A stretch of DNA of 62,353 nucleotides, the filler included, from Caldilineae bacterium (GTDB lineage: Bacteria; Chloroflexota; Anaerolineae; DTLA01): NCBI GenBank assembly GCA_037446815.1. It is 7 parts of 7 records of this genome, joined end to end, with 100 filler letters (N's around TTAATTAATTAA, not from the genome) between each part and the next. Parts side by side here need not be neighbours in the genome. Positions count along the whole stretch, not along the records: positions 1 to 8,959 come from JBBIHX010000122.1; positions 9,060 to 17,961 come from JBBIHX010000123.1; 5 more parts are not named here. One strand, given 5' to 3'. The position numbers and the translations under genes were made by a program. Within the stretch, counting starts at the first letter, position 1, and each line of letters begins with the position of its first letter. Below the pieces are notes generated by a model that was not told where the DNA came from, ran no database searches, and saw nothing but the letters and a program-made list of their open reading frames with translations. Positions 7,333 to 16,108 of the stretch are shown in pieces.

Positions 7333-8684
7333 GCTGCGCTCCCCACGGCCCACGGGATGACGAACCCCCACACAAGCGCCACGCCCACGCCGATGGCCTG
7401 CGCGTACAACTGGCCTTCCCAGCCTGCCGACATGCCCCCAGGCGCGAATAGCCCCACAACCCCCGCGCCCGCGATGCCGTTCCACCCCGCGCCGTATGCG
7501 CCATCGCCCAGGATGGCGGGGACAAACGCGCCAAGGAGGCCCGGCAGGCCCAGGGTGGCGACCAGCGCCGCTTCATCGGCCAGGCGCATACGCTTGTCCA
7601 CCAGATAGATGGCGAACGGGACCAGAAGCCCGGCAAGCGCCCCGACAACCCACCCCGCCCACGCGGGAACGAACGGCGCGCCCGCCAGCATAGCCACGGC
7701 TCCGGCCACCGCTCCGCGCCCCACCATGAAGGGGTCGGCGCGGCGTGCCACAAACCACGTGTACAGCCCGGCCGTGAGCATCCCGGCCAGGCTGCCGAAA
7801 ACGACGCCCGCAACCGCGCGCGGCATCGCGTCGGGCGCGCCCTGGGCTTGCGGAGTCGCGCCGAGCCACCCGGCCAGCCCCGCCAGCAACAGGAACACGC
7901 CGACAATGGCGACGGCGGGCTGAGCGAGTGCCGGCATCTGCGGGGCGGCGTGAGATGGCGTCTCTCGCGCCGCTTTGCGCCGAAACACGAGAGCGGCCAT
8001 GCCCAGCGCTGCCGCGAGCAGGAAGAGGCCGCTGGAGCCGCCGAAGTCCACGAATCCATGTCCAAGCAGGCGGGTGCGCCCCAGGTTCGCCAGCCATCCC
8101 CCGCCCCACACCCAATTCCCGAACAGCGGGTACAGCAGGCCCCCCGTCGCGATGGCCAGCACATACGCCAGGCCGGGCCGCTTGTGCGACGCGAGGGCGA
8201 GGGAGGGCAACATGCAGGCGGCCAGCACCCACGGCAGATGCCCCAGGAACAGCGCCAGACCCTCCGGCGTGGACGCGCCCGCCGAGAGGAAGAACCCCCG
8301 CAGGCCGGCCATGCCCCACCCCGGCCCCCATTGGACGTCCAGGAGCGACCATTCCACGGCCAGGTCGCGGAACGCGGCGCCGCCCAGGGCCAGGCCGATG
8401 CCGCCGAATTGCAGCGCGAACCCCGCCGCCCAGTAGGCCAGAACTCCCAGCCCGCCCGCCAGCATGGCCAGCGCGCCCGCCCGCGGCACGCGCTCCGAGG
8501 GCAGCCCGGCCACGGCGACAAACAACAGGCCCACGGGCACCAGGAACGCCAATAGCCCGGGGAGCAGACTCAACTGCCACGCGCCGACCTCGGCGCCCGT
8601 TGGCCCGGCTGCCGCGACGGGAGTTGCAGCAGCCCACCCCGCGCCCACGATGAGGAGTGCCATCAGCCTAAGTTGTCTCCGCAT
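7263..8684 (-). CDS. degenerate ammonium transporter (Amt/Mep fold) protein
   Basis: many hydrophobic segments; LYPLFGNWVWGGGWL and VDFGG Amt motifs are present, but both twin-His positions are substituted; start uncertain. Confidence 0.8.
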   Translation of the reverse strand: MRRQLRLMALLIVGAGWAAATPVAAAGPTGAEVGAWQLSLLPGLLAFLVPVGLLFVAVAGLPSERVPRAGALAMLAGGLGVLAYWAAGFALQFGGIGLALGGAAFRDLAVEWSLLDVQWGPGWGMAGLRGFFLSAGASTPEGLALFLGHLPWVLAACMLPSLALASHKRPGLAYVLAIATGGLLYPLFGNWVWGGGWLANLGRTRLLGHGFVDFGGSSGLFLLAAALGMAALVFRRKAARETPSHAAPQMPALAQPAVAIVGVFLLLAGLAGWLGATPQAQGAPDAMPRAVAGVVFGSLAGMLTAGLYTWFVARRADPFMVGRGAVAGAVAMLAGAPFVPAWAGWVVGALAGLLVPFAIYLVDKRMRLADEAALVATLGLPGLLGAFVPAILGDGAYGAGWNGIAGAGVVGLFAPGGMSAGWEGQLYAQAIGVGVALVWGFVIPWAVGSAAYALSRALFPSPRAADERGKAGS

Positions 8685-8738
8685 CTGCCTGCCCTCGCAC
8701 AACGGATTGCACCCGCGCTGGTGCTGTGAGGTTGCATC

Positions 8739-8916
8739 CACGAATCACGCGAATCCACACGAATGCGGCCACGGCCCCCAACCGTCATTCTGAGCGGCGA
8801 AGCCGCGAAGAATCTCGCAAGGCGAGACCCTTCGCTTCGCTCAGGGTGACAGGACCGGGCTGGCCTTTGCGCATGGCCCTCGCCCTCACCCTAGCCCTCT
8901 CCCAGCGGGCGAGAGG
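8739..8916. repeat. intergenic REP-like mosaic
   Basis: CACGAAT tandem units, GTCATTCTGAGCGGCGAAGCCGCGAAGAATCTC..CTCAGGGTGAC, CCCTCACCC..GGGCGAG unit. Confidence 0.85.
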
Positions 8917-8959
8917 AGCGAGCGCCAACTTGCACCGCGTTCGGCGCTATGCTAGAATT

Positions 8960-9059
8960 NNNNNNNNNNNNNNNNNNNNNNNNNNNNNNNNNNNNNNNNN
9001 NNNTTAATTAATTAANNNNNNNNNNNNNNNNNNNNNNNNNNNNNNNNNNNNNNNNNNNN
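8960..9059. other. artificial contig linker
   Basis: N44-TTAATTAATTAA-N44 (stops in all six frames). Confidence 0.98.
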
Positions 9060-9258
9060 CCTCTCCCGAAGGGCGAGGGCTTTTCGCCTTCGGCTCAGCA
9101 TGACACAATGAGGCTGTCATTCCGAGCGGCGAAGCCGCGAAGAATCTCGCCCCTCACCCCAGCCCTCTCCCGAAGGGCGAGGGCTTTTCGCCTTCGGCTC
9201 AGCATGACAGAGTGGGCAGGCGGCGCGCGGGCTGACCAACACAAGATGAAACTGATTC
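9060..9258. repeat. REP-like mosaic ending in a relic MITE terminus
   Basis: duplicated CCTCTCCCGAAGGGCGAGGGCTTTTCGCCTTCGGCTCAGCATGACA; CCAACACAAGATGAAACTGATTC at 9236-9258 matches the MITE end. Confidence 0.8.
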
Positions 9259-9276
9259 CTCCCCGCCCCACGGATT

Positions 9277-9305
9277 TTGACATCCGCCTCTATCTATGCT
9301 AGAAT
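9277..9305 (+). promoter_or_regulatory. sigma70-type promoter of ileS
   Basis: TTGACA-17 bp-TAGAAT with an extended -10 TG. Confidence 0.8.
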
Positions 9306-9331
9306 CTGCGCAAGTGAATATTCCAAGCAAC

Positions 9332-9590
9332 GGCTGGGATGGAAACGAGTAGTCGGGCGGAGCCGCCCAGCGAGTCCGGGCCTGGTGCGAGCCGGATGCG
9401 CGAACCCCGGCGAAAATCCTTCCGGAGCCGCCAACCGAACGGAGGCAACTCCCAGTAGACTTGGCCGGGGCGCGCCCGTTACAGCGGCGGGGGTATGAAC
9501 ACGTACCCACAGAGCGGACAGGCTTGCCTGTCAACCAGGGTGGTACCGCGGGAGTCAACTCTCGTCCCTATGGGGCGGGAGTTTTTTGTT
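9332..9590 (+). promoter_or_regulatory. T-box riboswitch (Ile specifier) with terminator
   Basis: stem I AGCGAG..GGTGCGAG motifs; specifier GAAAATC (AUC=Ile, 9416-9418); T-box AACCAGGGTGGTACCGCG at 9533-9550; hairpin plus T-tract at 9557-9590; lies upstream of ileS. Confidence 0.93.
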
Positions 9591-9594
9591 TATG

Positions 9595-9741
9595 CAGCAA
9601 TCAGCGCTCAGCCGTCAGCGGTCAGGAAGACCACACCGCAGAACGCGCAGAGAACGCACTGGAAGAGCATATGTTCTTCTCTGCGATCTCAGCGGCCTGT
9701 GCAGTGAATCAGCAGACTGAACGCTGACTGCTGAACGCTGA
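9595..9741. repeat. heptamer tandem repeats bracketing a CACCGCAG-type palindrome in the ileS leader
   Basis: (CAGCNNT)n at 9595-9625 and its complement (CTGANNG)n at 9717-9741. Confidence 0.65.
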
Positions 9742-9762
9742 AGGCTATGTCGGAGGTATCCC

Positions 9763-12700
9763 ATGTTCCGTGAAGTGTCAACACAGGTCAACTTCCCGAA
9801 GACGGAAGAGGGCATCCTGGAGTTCTGGCGCGCACACAACATCTTCGCCAAGACGCTGGAACTGCGCAAGGATGCGCCGCGCTGGGTCTTCTACGAGGGG
9901 CCGCCCACGGCCAACGGCCGCCCCCACGCCGGGCATGTCCTGCCCCGCGTGCTGAAGGACCTGTTCCCCCGCTATCGCACCATGAAGGGCTACTACGTCC
10001 TGCGCAAGGGCGGCTGGGACACCCAGGGCCTTCCCGTTGAACTGGAAGTGGAGAAGGAGCTCAAGATCAACAGCAAGGCCGAGATTGAGGCCTACGGCGT
10101 TGAGGCGTTCAACGAGAGGTGCCGAGAAAGCGTGTGGAAATACGTCAAGGAGTGGGAGAGTCTCACCGAACGCATCGCCTTCTGGGTTGACCTGGAGAAC
10201 GCCTACATCACCTACAAGACCGAGTACGTGGAATCCCTGTGGTGGATTCTCAAGCAACTGTGGGACAAGGGCCTCATCTACCAGGGCTACAAGGTGGTGC
10301 CCTATTGCGCCCGCTGCGGCACCTCCCTCTCCAGCCACGAGGTCTCGCAGGGCTACCGCGACGTGCAGGACCCGTCGGTGTTCGTGAAGTTCCCCCTGCG
10401 CGATGAGCCGGGCACCTACTTCCTTGTCTGGACCACGACGCCGTGGACCCTCCCCGGCAACGTGGCGCTGGCGGTGCATCCGCACGTGGAGTACGTCCTG
10501 GTGCAGCAGGGCGACGACAAACTCATCCTCGCCAAGGCCCTGCTGGAATACGCCCTGCGTGGCGAGTACCAGGTGCTGCGGTCGGTCAAGGCCAAGGAAC
10601 TCATCGGCAAGCACTACCGCCCGCTGTACACCTTCCTCCCTGTGGACAAGGACTACGCCTACGTGGTGGGCGCGGACTTCGTGAACACCGAGGAGGGCAC
10701 GGGCATCGTCCACATCGCCCCAGCCTTTGGCGCCGACGACCTGGACGTGGGCAAGGAGTACAATCTCCCCGTGCTGATGACGGTGGACCTGCGCGGGCGG
10801 TTCGTGAACGAGGTAACGCCCTGGCGCGGCATGTTCGTCAAGGATGCCGACCCGCTCATCACCAACGACCTGAAGACGCGGGGCCTGCTGTACCGCGCGG
10901 GCAAGTACGAGCACTCGTACCCCTTCTGCTGGCGCTGCCACCAGCCCCTGCTCTACTACGCCAAGACCACCTGGTACATTGAGACCACCAAGGTCCGCGA
11001 CCAGATGCTGGCAACCAACGAGCAAATCAACTGGTATCCCGAGCACATCAAGCATGGCCGCTTCGGCAACTGGCTGGAAACCAACGTGGACTGGGCGCTG
11101 GGCCGCGAGCGGTACTGGGGCACGCCCCTGCCCATCTGGGAGTGCCAGGACTGCGGCCACCGCGACTGCGTCGGCAGCCTGGCCGAACTGAGCGAAAAGG
11201 CAGGCCGCGATCTCTCGGACCTGGACCCCCACCGGCCGTTCGTGGACGCCGTCGTCCTCAAGTGCCCCAAGTGCGGCGGGCAGATGCGCCGCATTCCCGA
11301 AGTGGCCGACGCCTGGTTTGACTCCGGCTCCATGCCGGTGGCCCAGTGGCACTATCCCTTTGAGAATCAGGACATCTTCAAAGAGCAGTTCCCTGCCGAC
11401 TTCATCTGCGAGGCCATTGACCAGACCCGCGGCTGGTTCTACACCCTTCACGCCGTCGCCACCATGCTGTTCAACAGTCCGGCGTTCAAGAACTGCCTGG
11501 TAACCGAGTTCGGCACCGACGAGAAGGGCGCCAAGATGAGCAAGCACGTGGGCAACGTCGTTGACCCGTGGCCCATCCTCAACGAGCAGGGAGCCGACGC
11601 CTTGCGGTGGTACACCTATTCCGTCGCCGCGCCCTGGTACCCGCGCCGCTTCGGGAACGAACTGGTGCGCGAGACCCTGCGCCGCTTCCTGCTGACCGTG
11701 TGGAACACTTACGCGTTCTTCGTAACCTACGCGCGCATTGACAACTTCAATCCCATGGCCCACCGACTGCCGCTCTCCCAGCGGTCGGAACTGGATCGTT
11801 GGGTGCTGTCGGAACTGAACCTGTTGGTGGAGCGCGTGGACACCTCGCTGGACAAATACGACGTTACGGGCGCGACCCGCGCCATTGAGACCTTCGTGGA
11901 CGGGCTCAGCAACTGGTACGTGCGCCGAAGCCGCCGCCGATTCTGGAAGAGCGGCGAGGACGCGGACAAGGTCGCGGCGTACCTAACCCTCTACGAGTGC
12001 CTGGTAACGCTGGCCAAGTTGATGGCGCCGTTCACCCCGTTCCTGTCCGAGGAGATGTACCAGAACCTGGTGCGCAGCGTGGACGCCAACGCGCCGCTCA
12101 GCGTGCACCTGTGCGACTTCCCCGTCGCCGACCGCGCCGCAATTGACAACGCCCTGGTGTCGGATGTACAATTGGTGCGACAGGTGGTGAGCCTGGGCCA
12201 CGCGGCCCGCAACGCCGCCAACCTGAAGGTGCGCCAGCCGCTGGCGAAGGTCGTCGTCAAGCCCAGGGACGAGGCCGGTCGCGCCGTCGTGGAACGGATG
12301 GCGGCCGTCATCACCGACGAGTTGAACGTGAAAGCGCTGGAAGTTGCGGCGCAGGCGGATGACCTCGTCCGGTACGAGATCGGCCTGCTGCCCAATGTGC
12401 TCGGCAAGAAGCACGGCGCGCTGTTCCCGAAACTTCGGGCGGCTGTGGCGGCCCTCCCCGCGGCCCACTTGGCCCGCGAATTGCAGGCAGGACGAAGCGT
12501 GCGCGTCCCCGTGGACGGCCAGGAAGTGGAACTCCTGCCCGAGGAAGCCGAGGTGCGCGTCCACAGCAAGGAGGGGTTCTCGGTATCCGAGGAGAACGGC
12601 CTCGTCGTGGCCGTGAGCACAACGCTCACCGAGGCCCTGGTGCGCGAGGGGCTGGCGAGGGAAGTCGTCCGTCGCATCCAGACGCAGCGCAAGGACGCCG

Positions 12701-12906
12701 GCTTCCGCATAGAAGACCACATCCGCGTCTTCTACCGCTGCGGCGCGACGCTGCAAGCAGTGTTCACGGAGTTCGGCGACTACATCCGCCAGGAAACGCT
12801 GGCAGACGAATTGACGGAAGCGGACGCTCCGCAGGGCGCATACGTCCAGGAGCACGCACTGGATGGCGAACCCCTGGTCTTGGGGTTGCTGAAGATAGAG
12901 GGGTAG
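9763..12906 (+). CDS. ileS: isoleucine--tRNA ligase (type 2)
   Basis: FYEGPPTANG, HAGH, WTTTPWTLP, GTGIVH, DQTRGWF, KMSKH; long C-terminal region with EGLAREVVRRIQ typical of IleRS2. Confidence 0.98.
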   Translation: MFREVSTQVNFPKTEEGILEFWRAHNIFAKTLELRKDAPRWVFYEGPPTANGRPHAGHVLPRVLKDLFPRYRTMKGYYVLRKGGWDTQGLPVELEVEKELKINSKAEIEAYGVEAFNERCRESVWKYVKEWESLTERIAFWVDLENAYITYKTEYVESLWWILKQLWDKGLIYQGYKVVPYCARCGTSLSSHEVSQGYRDVQDPSVFVKFPLRDEPGTYFLVWTTTPWTLPGNVALAVHPHVEYVLVQQGDDKLILAKALLEYALRGEYQVLRSVKAKELIGKHYRPLYTFLPVDKDYAYVVGADFVNTEEGTGIVHIAPAFGADDLDVGKEYNLPVLMTVDLRGRFVNEVTPWRGMFVKDADPLITNDLKTRGLLYRAGKYEHSYPFCWRCHQPLLYYAKTTWYIETTKVRDQMLATNEQINWYPEHIKHGRFGNWLETNVDWALGRERYWGTPLPIWECQDCGHRDCVGSLAELSEKAGRDLSDLDPHRPFVDAVVLKCPKCGGQMRRIPEVADAWFDSGSMPVAQWHYPFENQDIFKEQFPADFICEAIDQTRGWFYTLHAVATMLFNSPAFKNCLVTEFGTDEKGAKMSKHVGNVVDPWPILNEQGADALRWYTYSVAAPWYPRRFGNELVRETLRRFLLTVWNTYAFFVTYARIDNFNPMAHRLPLSQRSELDRWVLSELNLLVERVDTSLDKYDVTGATRAIETFVDGLSNWYVRRSRRRFWKSGEDADKVAAYLTLYECLVTLAKLMAPFTPFLSEEMYQNLVRSVDANAPLSVHLCDFPVADRAAIDNALVSDVQLVRQVVSLGHAARNAANLKVRQPLAKVVVKPRDEAGRAVVERMAAVITDELNVKALEVAAQADDLVRYEIGLLPNVLGKKHGALFPKLRAAVAALPAAHLARELQAGRSVRVPVDGQEVELLPEEAEVRVHSKEGFSVSEENGLVVAVSTTLTEALVREGLAREVVRRIQTQRKDAGFRIEDHIRVFYRCGATLQAVFTEFGDYIRQETLADELTEADAPQGAYVQEHALDGEPLVLGLLKIEG

Positions 12907-13196
12907 TAGGCGAACACGACAACCGACAGAGGGAAGGGCAGTCATCACAGAGGAGGGACAGCGCGCACAATTCATTCGGTGGCAACAACGCAACAACCCT
13001 TGTCCCAGGCTTGCAGCAGCGCGAAGCCTAATTGTAGCGCGTCCGTCGGGGCTTGGCGCCAGCGAAGTCTGGGCACGTCGGGGCCGCCGGCTGTAGCGGG
13101 CCAGCAGGCGTGCCAGTCGGGAGGCACCGACCTCTGGAAGGCCCTGGGCCTGCCAGCAAGGCAGGATGCCTGCCCTGAGCATCAGGGGAGACGACA

Positions 13197-13541
13197 ATGG
13201 TAGTCCGAAGTTACGAGCAACTGCGCACAATGCTGTTGAAAGAGCAGCAGCGGCTCAAAGCGGCGATTGCGCAGCATCCGGTCATGGAGCGGACGCCCGC
13301 CGGATATGGCAATCACGCAGCCGATGACGCGACGGACGTTTTTGACCAGGCGGCGAACGTTTCCTTGTTGCAGAGTCTATGGCGCAACCTAGAAGAAGTG
13401 GAGGCGGCGCTGAACCGCTTTGAGCAGGGCACGTACGGCCTCTGCCTGCGGTGCGGAGAGAAGATTGAGTGGGCGCGCCTGGAAGCGCACCCGCAGGCGG
13501 CCTTGTGCATGCACTGTCAACGACGACAGGAATCGCGGTAG
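13197..13541 (+). CDS. TraR/DksA C4-type zinc finger protein
   Basis: NHAADDATD coiled-coil tip; GTYGLCLRCGEKIEWARLEAHPQAALCMHCQ. Confidence 0.9.
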   Translation: MVVRSYEQLRTMLLKEQQRLKAAIAQHPVMERTPAGYGNHAADDATDVFDQAANVSLLQSLWRNLEEVEAALNRFEQGTYGLCLRCGEKIEWARLEAHPQAALCMHCQRRQESR

Positions 13542-13558
13542 GCTGCACGAGGGCTGAA

Positions 13559-14023
13559 TTGGCACGTTTGACCAAACGTAGATGGGTGCTGCCCCTGTGT
13601 TCCTTCTTGGCGCTTGCCGCCGACCAGGGGAGCAAACTGGTGCTGCGCGGCACGTTGCCCGACGGCGTTCTGTGGGCGCCGTTCGGCAGCGCGGAAGGGT
13701 GGCTGTACCTGCGCGTGGGCACGAACACGGGAGCCGCCTTTGGCCTCTTTCCGGGGGCCGGGGCGGTTTTTGTTTGGGTTGCAGCAGCGGTGCTCGTCGG
13801 CATCCTGGGGTTGTACCTGCGCGGAACGCCCTTGGCCGTGCCTGTGGCGGCGGGGCTGGGCCTCATCGCCGGCGGCGCGGCGGGCAACCTGCTGGACCGC
13901 CTGTGCCTGGGCGGCGCGGTGGATTTCATCCACGTCGGCCGCCTGCCCGCCTTCAACCTGGCGGATGTATGCCTCCTGGCCGGCGCCGCGCTCCTAGCGG
14001 CCTGGCGTCTCCCGCGGCGCTAG
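13559..14023 (+). CDS. lspA: lipoprotein signal peptidase II
   Basis: DQGSK, NTGAAFG, GNLLDR, VDFI, FNLAD; TTG start uncertain. Confidence 0.9.
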   Translation: MARLTKRRWVLPLCSFLALAADQGSKLVLRGTLPDGVLWAPFGSAEGWLYLRVGTNTGAAFGLFPGAGAVFVWVAAAVLVGILGLYLRGTPLAVPVAAGLGLIAGGAAGNLLDRLCLGGAVDFIHVGRLPAFNLADVCLLAGAALLAAWRLPRR

Positions 14024-14068
14024 CCGACTCCCCACGACTCAGCCCCAGAGCGCCTTGTCAGCGAGAAC

Positions 14069-14248
14069 ACACCGCGGAGGCGGAAAGGGCGCAGAGGTTG
14101 GACCATCCTCTGCGTTCTCTGGGTCTCTGCGGTGCGCCAAGCGGCCGCAAGGTGCACGTGCGACGCACCTCGGAGGTGCGTCGCACGTTCATTCGCGTAG
14201 ATTCGCGTTATTCGCGGTTACCGCACCGCGAGATGCTTCGCCTTCGGC
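14069..14248. repeat. intergenic REP-like mosaic
   Basis: CACCGCGGAG..CTCTGCGGTG, ACGTGCGACGCACCTCGGAGGTGCGTCGCACGT palindrome, ATTCGCG tandem units, GAGATGCTTCGCCTTCGG. Confidence 0.8.
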
Positions 14249-14263
14249 CAGGCGGGGCCCCAT

Positions 14264-14292
14264 TTGCCTCCAAGTGGCAAGGCCCGTACAAT
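14264..14292 (+). promoter_or_regulatory. sigma70-type promoter
   Basis: TTGCCT-17 bp-TACAAT upstream of the GTG at 14323. Confidence 0.6.
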
Positions 14293-14322
14293 GCCCCCAA
14301 CGTCAAACCCCGGAGGCGCATC

Positions 14323-15162
14323 GTGATCCTGCTCTCTACCGGCACACTCAACACCCTGGGCCTGTCCCGCATCTTCGCCCTGGCCGCCGAGGCTGGCTTT
14401 GACGGCATGGAGATCATGATAGACGGCCGCCTGGACACCCGCGACGCGGGCTACCTGCGACGCCTGTCCTCGGACTACGGCTTGCCCATCGCCGCCATCC
14501 ACAGCCCCTTCCTCGCGGACGTGGAAGGGTGGCCTGCCGACCAACTGGGCCGCCTGGAATGCACCCTGGCCCTTGCCGCCGAGGTAGGCGCGCCCCTCGT
14601 GGTTACCCACCTGCCCTACCGCCTGCACCTGCTGTGGGTTACGGTAAGCGGCCTCCGGCCCAGGCGATTCTCCGCGCCCCTGCCGTGGCTACGGCGCGAG
14701 CCGTACTACACCCTGCTGCGCGACGGCGGCCTGGCGGCGCTGGAGGATGAGACCGGCATCACCATCGCCGTGGAGAACATGCCCGCGCGGAGATTCCTGG
14801 GGCGGTATTGGGGCCTGTACTGGTTCAACACGATGGAACAGATGCGCCGCTTCCCGCACATCGTCCTGGACACAACGCATCTGGGCACGTGGGGACTGGA
14901 TCCCGTCGCGGCGTATGCCCAGGTGCAGGACCGCGTGGTTCACGTGCACCTGTCCAACTTCGCGGGAGGCAAGGAGCACCGTCCCCCGACCGACGGAGAC
15001 CTGGACCTGGAGCGGTTTCTCCGCGCCCTCGCCCGCAGCGGCTACGGCGGGACGCTGAGCGTGGAGGGCGAGCCGAGGGCCTTCCGCGCCGAGGACGAGG
15101 CGGCGTGCCTGGCGGAACTGCGCAGCGCCGTTGCCTTCTGCCGCGAGCACCTCGCGCAATAG
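14323..15162 (+). CDS. sugar phosphate isomerase/epimerase (AP endonuclease 2 TIM barrel)
   Basis: GFDGME, AIHSP, AVENMP, LDTTH, HVHLSN, EHRPP..GD, LSVE metal-ligand pattern; GGAGG SD. Confidence 0.85.
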   Translation: MILLSTGTLNTLGLSRIFALAAEAGFDGMEIMIDGRLDTRDAGYLRRLSSDYGLPIAAIHSPFLADVEGWPADQLGRLECTLALAAEVGAPLVVTHLPYRLHLLWVTVSGLRPRRFSAPLPWLRREPYYTLLRDGGLAALEDETGITIAVENMPARRFLGRYWGLYWFNTMEQMRRFPHIVLDTTHLGTWGLDPVAAYAQVQDRVVHVHLSNFAGGKEHRPPTDGDLDLERFLRALARSGYGGTLSVEGEPRAFRAEDEAACLAELRSAVAFCREHLAQ

Positions 15163-15178
15163 CGGCACGCCGGTTGTC

Positions 15179-16060
15179 CTACGCCGGCGCGCGCCCGTTG
15201 TACACCCAAATCTCCTGCTCGCCGGTGAAGTCCTTGGCCAGGCGGCGCGTGATGGTCGCCTTCAGCGCCCACGTTACCACGCTGCGCCCCGTGCGTCGCG
15301 ACGGACATCCCTGCTTCGGAATGGCAACGCTGAACGGAAACTCCACCGTCGCGCCTGCGGCGAAGTCCTGTCCCCCGGACAATTGCACCTTGGCCTCGGC
15401 AACCGAGTGGGCATTCCCGTCGCCGCGGGGCACGTACTCGGCGCGCACCAACTCCAACCGCACGCCGCTTGACCCGAACTTCTTGCGCGGGTACACGCGG
15501 AGCGTGCCCTCTACGCGCTCCCCCTCCACCCAGTCCAGGCGCGGAAGCGCGAACTTGATATCCACATCGTCCGGGTGGCTGGACAGCCCGTACTCGCCCT
15601 TGCCGGATGGCTCCGCCGGCGGCGGCACGATGATGGGAATCTCCACCTCAGCCGAGATGTCCTTCTTCATGGGGCGATCCATCACCGCTTTGATAAGCCA
15701 GCGGTTTTGCGTTATCTTGCCGGTATAGGGCGGTGCGATGTCCAGCGGGATGCGGAAATCCACCGGAAAGGACCGGCGAGTCCCCGCGGGAATCGTCCCT
15801 TCGCCCACCAGCGTCTCGCTGAGGAGGGCATCCTCGGCCGTCGTCCAGACGCTGGACATATCCCCCTCATTGTCACGCTCGCGATACTGGTACTTCTCCC
15901 ACGAGACCAGCGCCACGGATACCGAACGCACCTTCACGTCGGTCTCGGTCTCCAGCAGAACCGTGGCATGGATCGTCTCGCCCGCATGGTAGGGCAACCC
16001 GGCCCTGTCCACCGTAACGCTGACCGTTGCCTTCTCGCTCTTCAGGAACCCGAGTACCAT
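15179..16060 (-). CDS. Spo0M / arrestin-like protein (two tandem beta-sandwich domains)
   Basis: YHAGETIHATV, FPVDFRIP..PPY..RWLIKA..D, with the same pattern repeated in the second half. Confidence 0.65.
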   Translation of the reverse strand: MVLGFLKSEKATVSVTVDRAGLPYHAGETIHATVLLETETDVKVRSVSVALVSWEKYQYRERDNEGDMSSVWTTAEDALLSETLVGEGTIPAGTRRSFPVDFRIPLDIAPPYTGKITQNRWLIKAVMDRPMKKDISAEVEIPIIVPPPAEPSGKGEYGLSSHPDDVDIKFALPRLDWVEGERVEGTLRVYPRKKFGSSGVRLELVRAEYVPRGDGNAHSVAEAKVQLSGGQDFAAGATVEFPFSVAIPKQGCPSRRTGRSVVTWALKATITRRLAKDFTGEQEIWVYNGRAPA

Positions 16061-16108
16061 CTTTTCCTCCCTTGCGTTGAAATGCCGTCCTGCGATGGAA
16101 TGCGACGA

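Noticed and set aside
9004..9015. TTAATTAATTAA recurring about every 9 kb as a biological periodic motif
   Set aside because: Always centred in N-runs; it is a synthetic contig linker.
9778..11763. Long antisense ORFs opposite ileS, groEL (23252-25333), clpB (51054-53486), dnaE (56380-58950) and ftsH (58879-60729)
   Set aside because: Typical shadow ORFs of high-GC, codon-biased genes; they have no recognisable motifs, and the sense strand encodes clear conserved proteins.
12907..13196. Possible ncRNA between ileS and the DksA-like gene
   Set aside because: GC-rich sequence could pair by chance; I recognise no RNA family motif, promoter or terminator. An Rfam scan would settle it.
13582..14322. 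N-terminal extension of the 526-aa ORF 13582-15162
   Set aside because: It overlaps lspA out of frame and runs through repeat DNA; the promoter, SD and GTG support a start at 14323.
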